Assembly: GCA_050298595.1 (NCBI GenBank)
Contig: JBNKUM010000094.1
Location: 32,001-96,000 of the forward strand
Direction of reading: 5' to 3'
Length of the DNA stretch: 64,000 nucleotides
Origin: Gammaproteobacteria bacterium
GTDB taxonomy: Bacteria; Pseudomonadota; Gammaproteobacteria; GCA-001735895
The position numbers and the translations under genes are program-made. Positions 62,024-64,000 of the stretch are shown in pieces. Position 1 is the stretch's first letter; every line of letters starts with the position of its first letter. Below the pieces are notes generated by a model. It did no database searches. It had not been told where the DNA came from and worked only from the letters and a program-made list of their open reading frames with translations.

Positions 62024-63670
62024 GTGTATGAAGCGTACTTTGGTTTAAATCGACAACCATTCCGTATCACACCGGATACTTCTCTATTCTTTGACGGTGG
62101 ACGCCGTGGAGATATTCTCGGAGCGCTGGTATATGCAGTGCACCGAGGGGAAGGCATCATTAAGGTGGTCGGCGAGGTCGGTAGTGGTAAAACCATGCTG
62201 TGCCGTATGTTGCAGATCGAATTACCAGATAGTGTTGAAATTATTTATATCGCTAATCCCAGTGTGTCCCCTGAAGATATCCTTTTTGTGATTGCGGATG
62301 AGCTGAAGTTTGATGTGAAGCGCGATGCCTCCAAGCATGAGCTGGTGAGCATGCTGCAGAATTATCTGCTGAAAAGGCACGCTGAAAACAAACAGGTGGT
62401 CTTGTTTGTTGAAGAGGCTCAGGGAATGCCGCTGGAAACGCTCGAAGAGATACGACTGTTATCGAATCTTGAAACTGATCGACACAAATTATTACAAATT
62501 ATCCTGTTCGGTCAGCCCGAACTGGATGAGAATCTGGCGAATAATTCTATTCGTCAACTTCGTGAAAGGATTACTCATGATTTTAATCTTTCGCCTTTAA
62601 CCAGTGAAGAGATTCACAAATACCTGAATTTCAGGATGCGAGAAGTCGGTTATACTGGCCCCGAACTTATCAGTAAGAAACTGGCTCATCAGATGGCGAA
62701 GCATTCGGCGGGCCTGTTAAGGCGTATAAATATTCTGGGCGATAAAATGCTTCTGTCGGCTTTTGCTGAAGGCACTCATAATATCACCACTAAGCATTTG
62801 ATGAACGCGGTGAAAGATAGTGGTTTTAGTGAGCTGCATTATAAACAGAACAAAACACTGTCAATAATATTAGTGTCAGGGTTGTTGACCCTGTTGATCT
62901 TGATGGCGGCCTACATCGCGTATAAGCAGGGTTTTGCACTGGCGGGGTTGGGTGCAGAAACAGCAGGATTATCTGAAATACCTAAAAAAGAAACCTTAGA
63001 AACCCCACTTGCCACAGCGTCTGTTGAAGAACAACCTAATAAGTCTGCCGTTCTATCAGAAATGCAGTCCTACGCGCAAGAGATAGATCATCAGTTGGCT
63101 GAACCTGAAGTTATTGAGCCAGAGCTAAAGGTAGCAGAAAGAATTAATACCGCTATAGAAGATGATAAGGCTAGCGAAAAACAAACTGTGCAGTTTCAAG
63201 GTGTAAATACCGATATTATAAATCCACTTGCTGAAATGCCGGATAGTTCAAAAAAAAATCAACACTCAGTGGTTAAACTTGATAAAGTTACAGAAAATCA
63301 GCCTCTTGAAGTAGTATCTTCAAGTGAAATGCCTCAAAACTATGAGGCATGGCTACAGAATAAAATTCAGCAGAGTATAAAGTGGTTAAAAGGGGCTGAT
63401 GCGCATGGTGTTTCAATTCAGGTCATGATGCGTAGCAAGGTGGCGATGAAAGAGCTTGCATTATATCTGCAAAATGACTGGCCTCTGGAGCTGGATAAAA
63501 CCTATATATATGAAGTCAAGTTGAAGGATAGAAGCATTTATCGGGTATTCTATGATGAGTATCCTAACGTTACTTTGGGGCATCAGAGCATTAAACAATT
63601 ACCCGAATCGGTGCGAGTCAATTCACCTTACTTGCATTCTATCAACCGGATGCAAGAAGAGTTGTTATAA
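62024..63670 (+). CDS. Second ExeA-family AAA ATPase with TM helix and C-terminal SPOR/DamX-like domain
   Basis: MY..YFGL..QPF.ITPD, GEVGSGKT, variant Walker B FVEEAQ, LFGQPEL; TM helix; C-terminus YRVFY..Y..I.QLP..NSPY. Confidence 0.85.
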   Translation: MYEAYFGLNRQPFRITPDTSLFFDGGRRGDILGALVYAVHRGEGIIKVVGEVGSGKTMLCRMLQIELPDSVEIIYIANPSVSPEDILFVIADELKFDVKRDASKHELVSMLQNYLLKRHAENKQVVLFVEEAQGMPLETLEEIRLLSNLETDRHKLLQIILFGQPELDENLANNSIRQLRERITHDFNLSPLTSEEIHKYLNFRMREVGYTGPELISKKLAHQMAKHSAGLLRRINILGDKMLLSAFAEGTHNITTKHLMNAVKDSGFSELHYKQNKTLSIILVSGLLTLLILMAAYIAYKQGFALAGLGAETAGLSEIPKKETLETPLATASVEEQPNKSAVLSEMQSYAQEIDHQLAEPEVIEPELKVAERINTAIEDDKASEKQTVQFQGVNTDIINPLAEMPDSSKKNQHSVVKLDKVTENQPLEVVSSSEMPQNYEAWLQNKIQQSIKWLKGADAHGVSIQVMMRSKVAMKELALYLQNDWPLELDKTYIYEVKLKDRSIYRVFYDEYPNVTLGHQSIKQLPESVRVNSPYLHSINRMQEELL

Positions 63671-63705
63671 ATTTGAATAGGTTCTTGTAAGGACTGGGAA
63701 AAACA

Positions 63706-64000
63706 ATGAAATATCTAATTTTTATAACTGTGCTATTTAGCCTCGTGTCCTGCCAGACAGTGACAAGGGGTACGGATGACCGTATGTCAGTGTCGACTGG
63801 GCATCTGGGGGATCCTGTTCCAGAGAAACAGTCAGTAAAGCAGGATATCCCAGCTGTGGTGGATCAGTTACCTATAGTTGAGGCACCAAAGCCCACTGAA
63901 AAGTTACAGGTTTTTACCGTAGTAGCAACCGATCTGCCAGCCAATGAATTGCTGTTTGCCTTAGCCCGAGATGCGCGCTTGAATTTGGATATCGACCCTG
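63706..64000 (+). CDS. Second MshL-like secretin lipoprotein, N-terminal fragment truncated by the window end
   Basis: Not in the ORF track. ATG 63706 reads MKYLIFITVLFSLVSCQ (lipobox) ... FTVVATDLPANELLFALARDARLNLDIDP, which parallels the N-terminal domain of the first MshL (FDISVANAPADVFFMSLVADTDINMVVHP). Frame is open to the end. Confidence 0.75.
   Translation, partial: MKYLIFITVLFSLVSCQTVTRGTDDRMSVSTGHLGDPVPEKQSVKQDIPAVVDQLPIVEAPKPTEKLQVFTVVATDLPANELLFALARDARLNLDIDP

Overview
A 64 kb, mostly core-genome segment from a gammaproteobacterium, most likely a sulfur oxidizer because it carries soxYZ and an SqrR/BigR-type repressor. Positions 1-47.3 kb are conserved housekeeping blocks: ychF-pth-rplY-prs-tRNA-Gln-ispE-lolB-TPR lipoprotein; hemA-prfA-prmC; hslVU; lptM-lysA-dapF-DUF484-xerC; argH; algZR-hemCDXY; selO; radC; coaBC-dut-argB; pyrE/xth-ampG; thiDE-hemL; envC-ctpA-yibQ-yajL; ArsR-rhodanese-grxC-secB-gpsA; trmL. 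A small accessory block (stand-alone soxYZ, K+ channel, esterase, hypothetical) lies at 16.8-19.9 kb. From 47.6 kb there is an MSHA-type IV pilus cluster with unusual organisation. The major pilin gene is inverted, sits between a bidirectional terminator and a divergent promoter region with a near-consensus CRP-type box, and mshB and mshQ are absent from their usual positions. Where mshQ would be, a second secretin-based module begins (sigma-54 response regulator, ExeA-like ATPase with a SPOR-like tail, second MshL-like secretin) and runs off the window end. I found no CRISPR array, rRNA, IS element or prophage. All calls come from motif recognition and synteny; no database searches were run.
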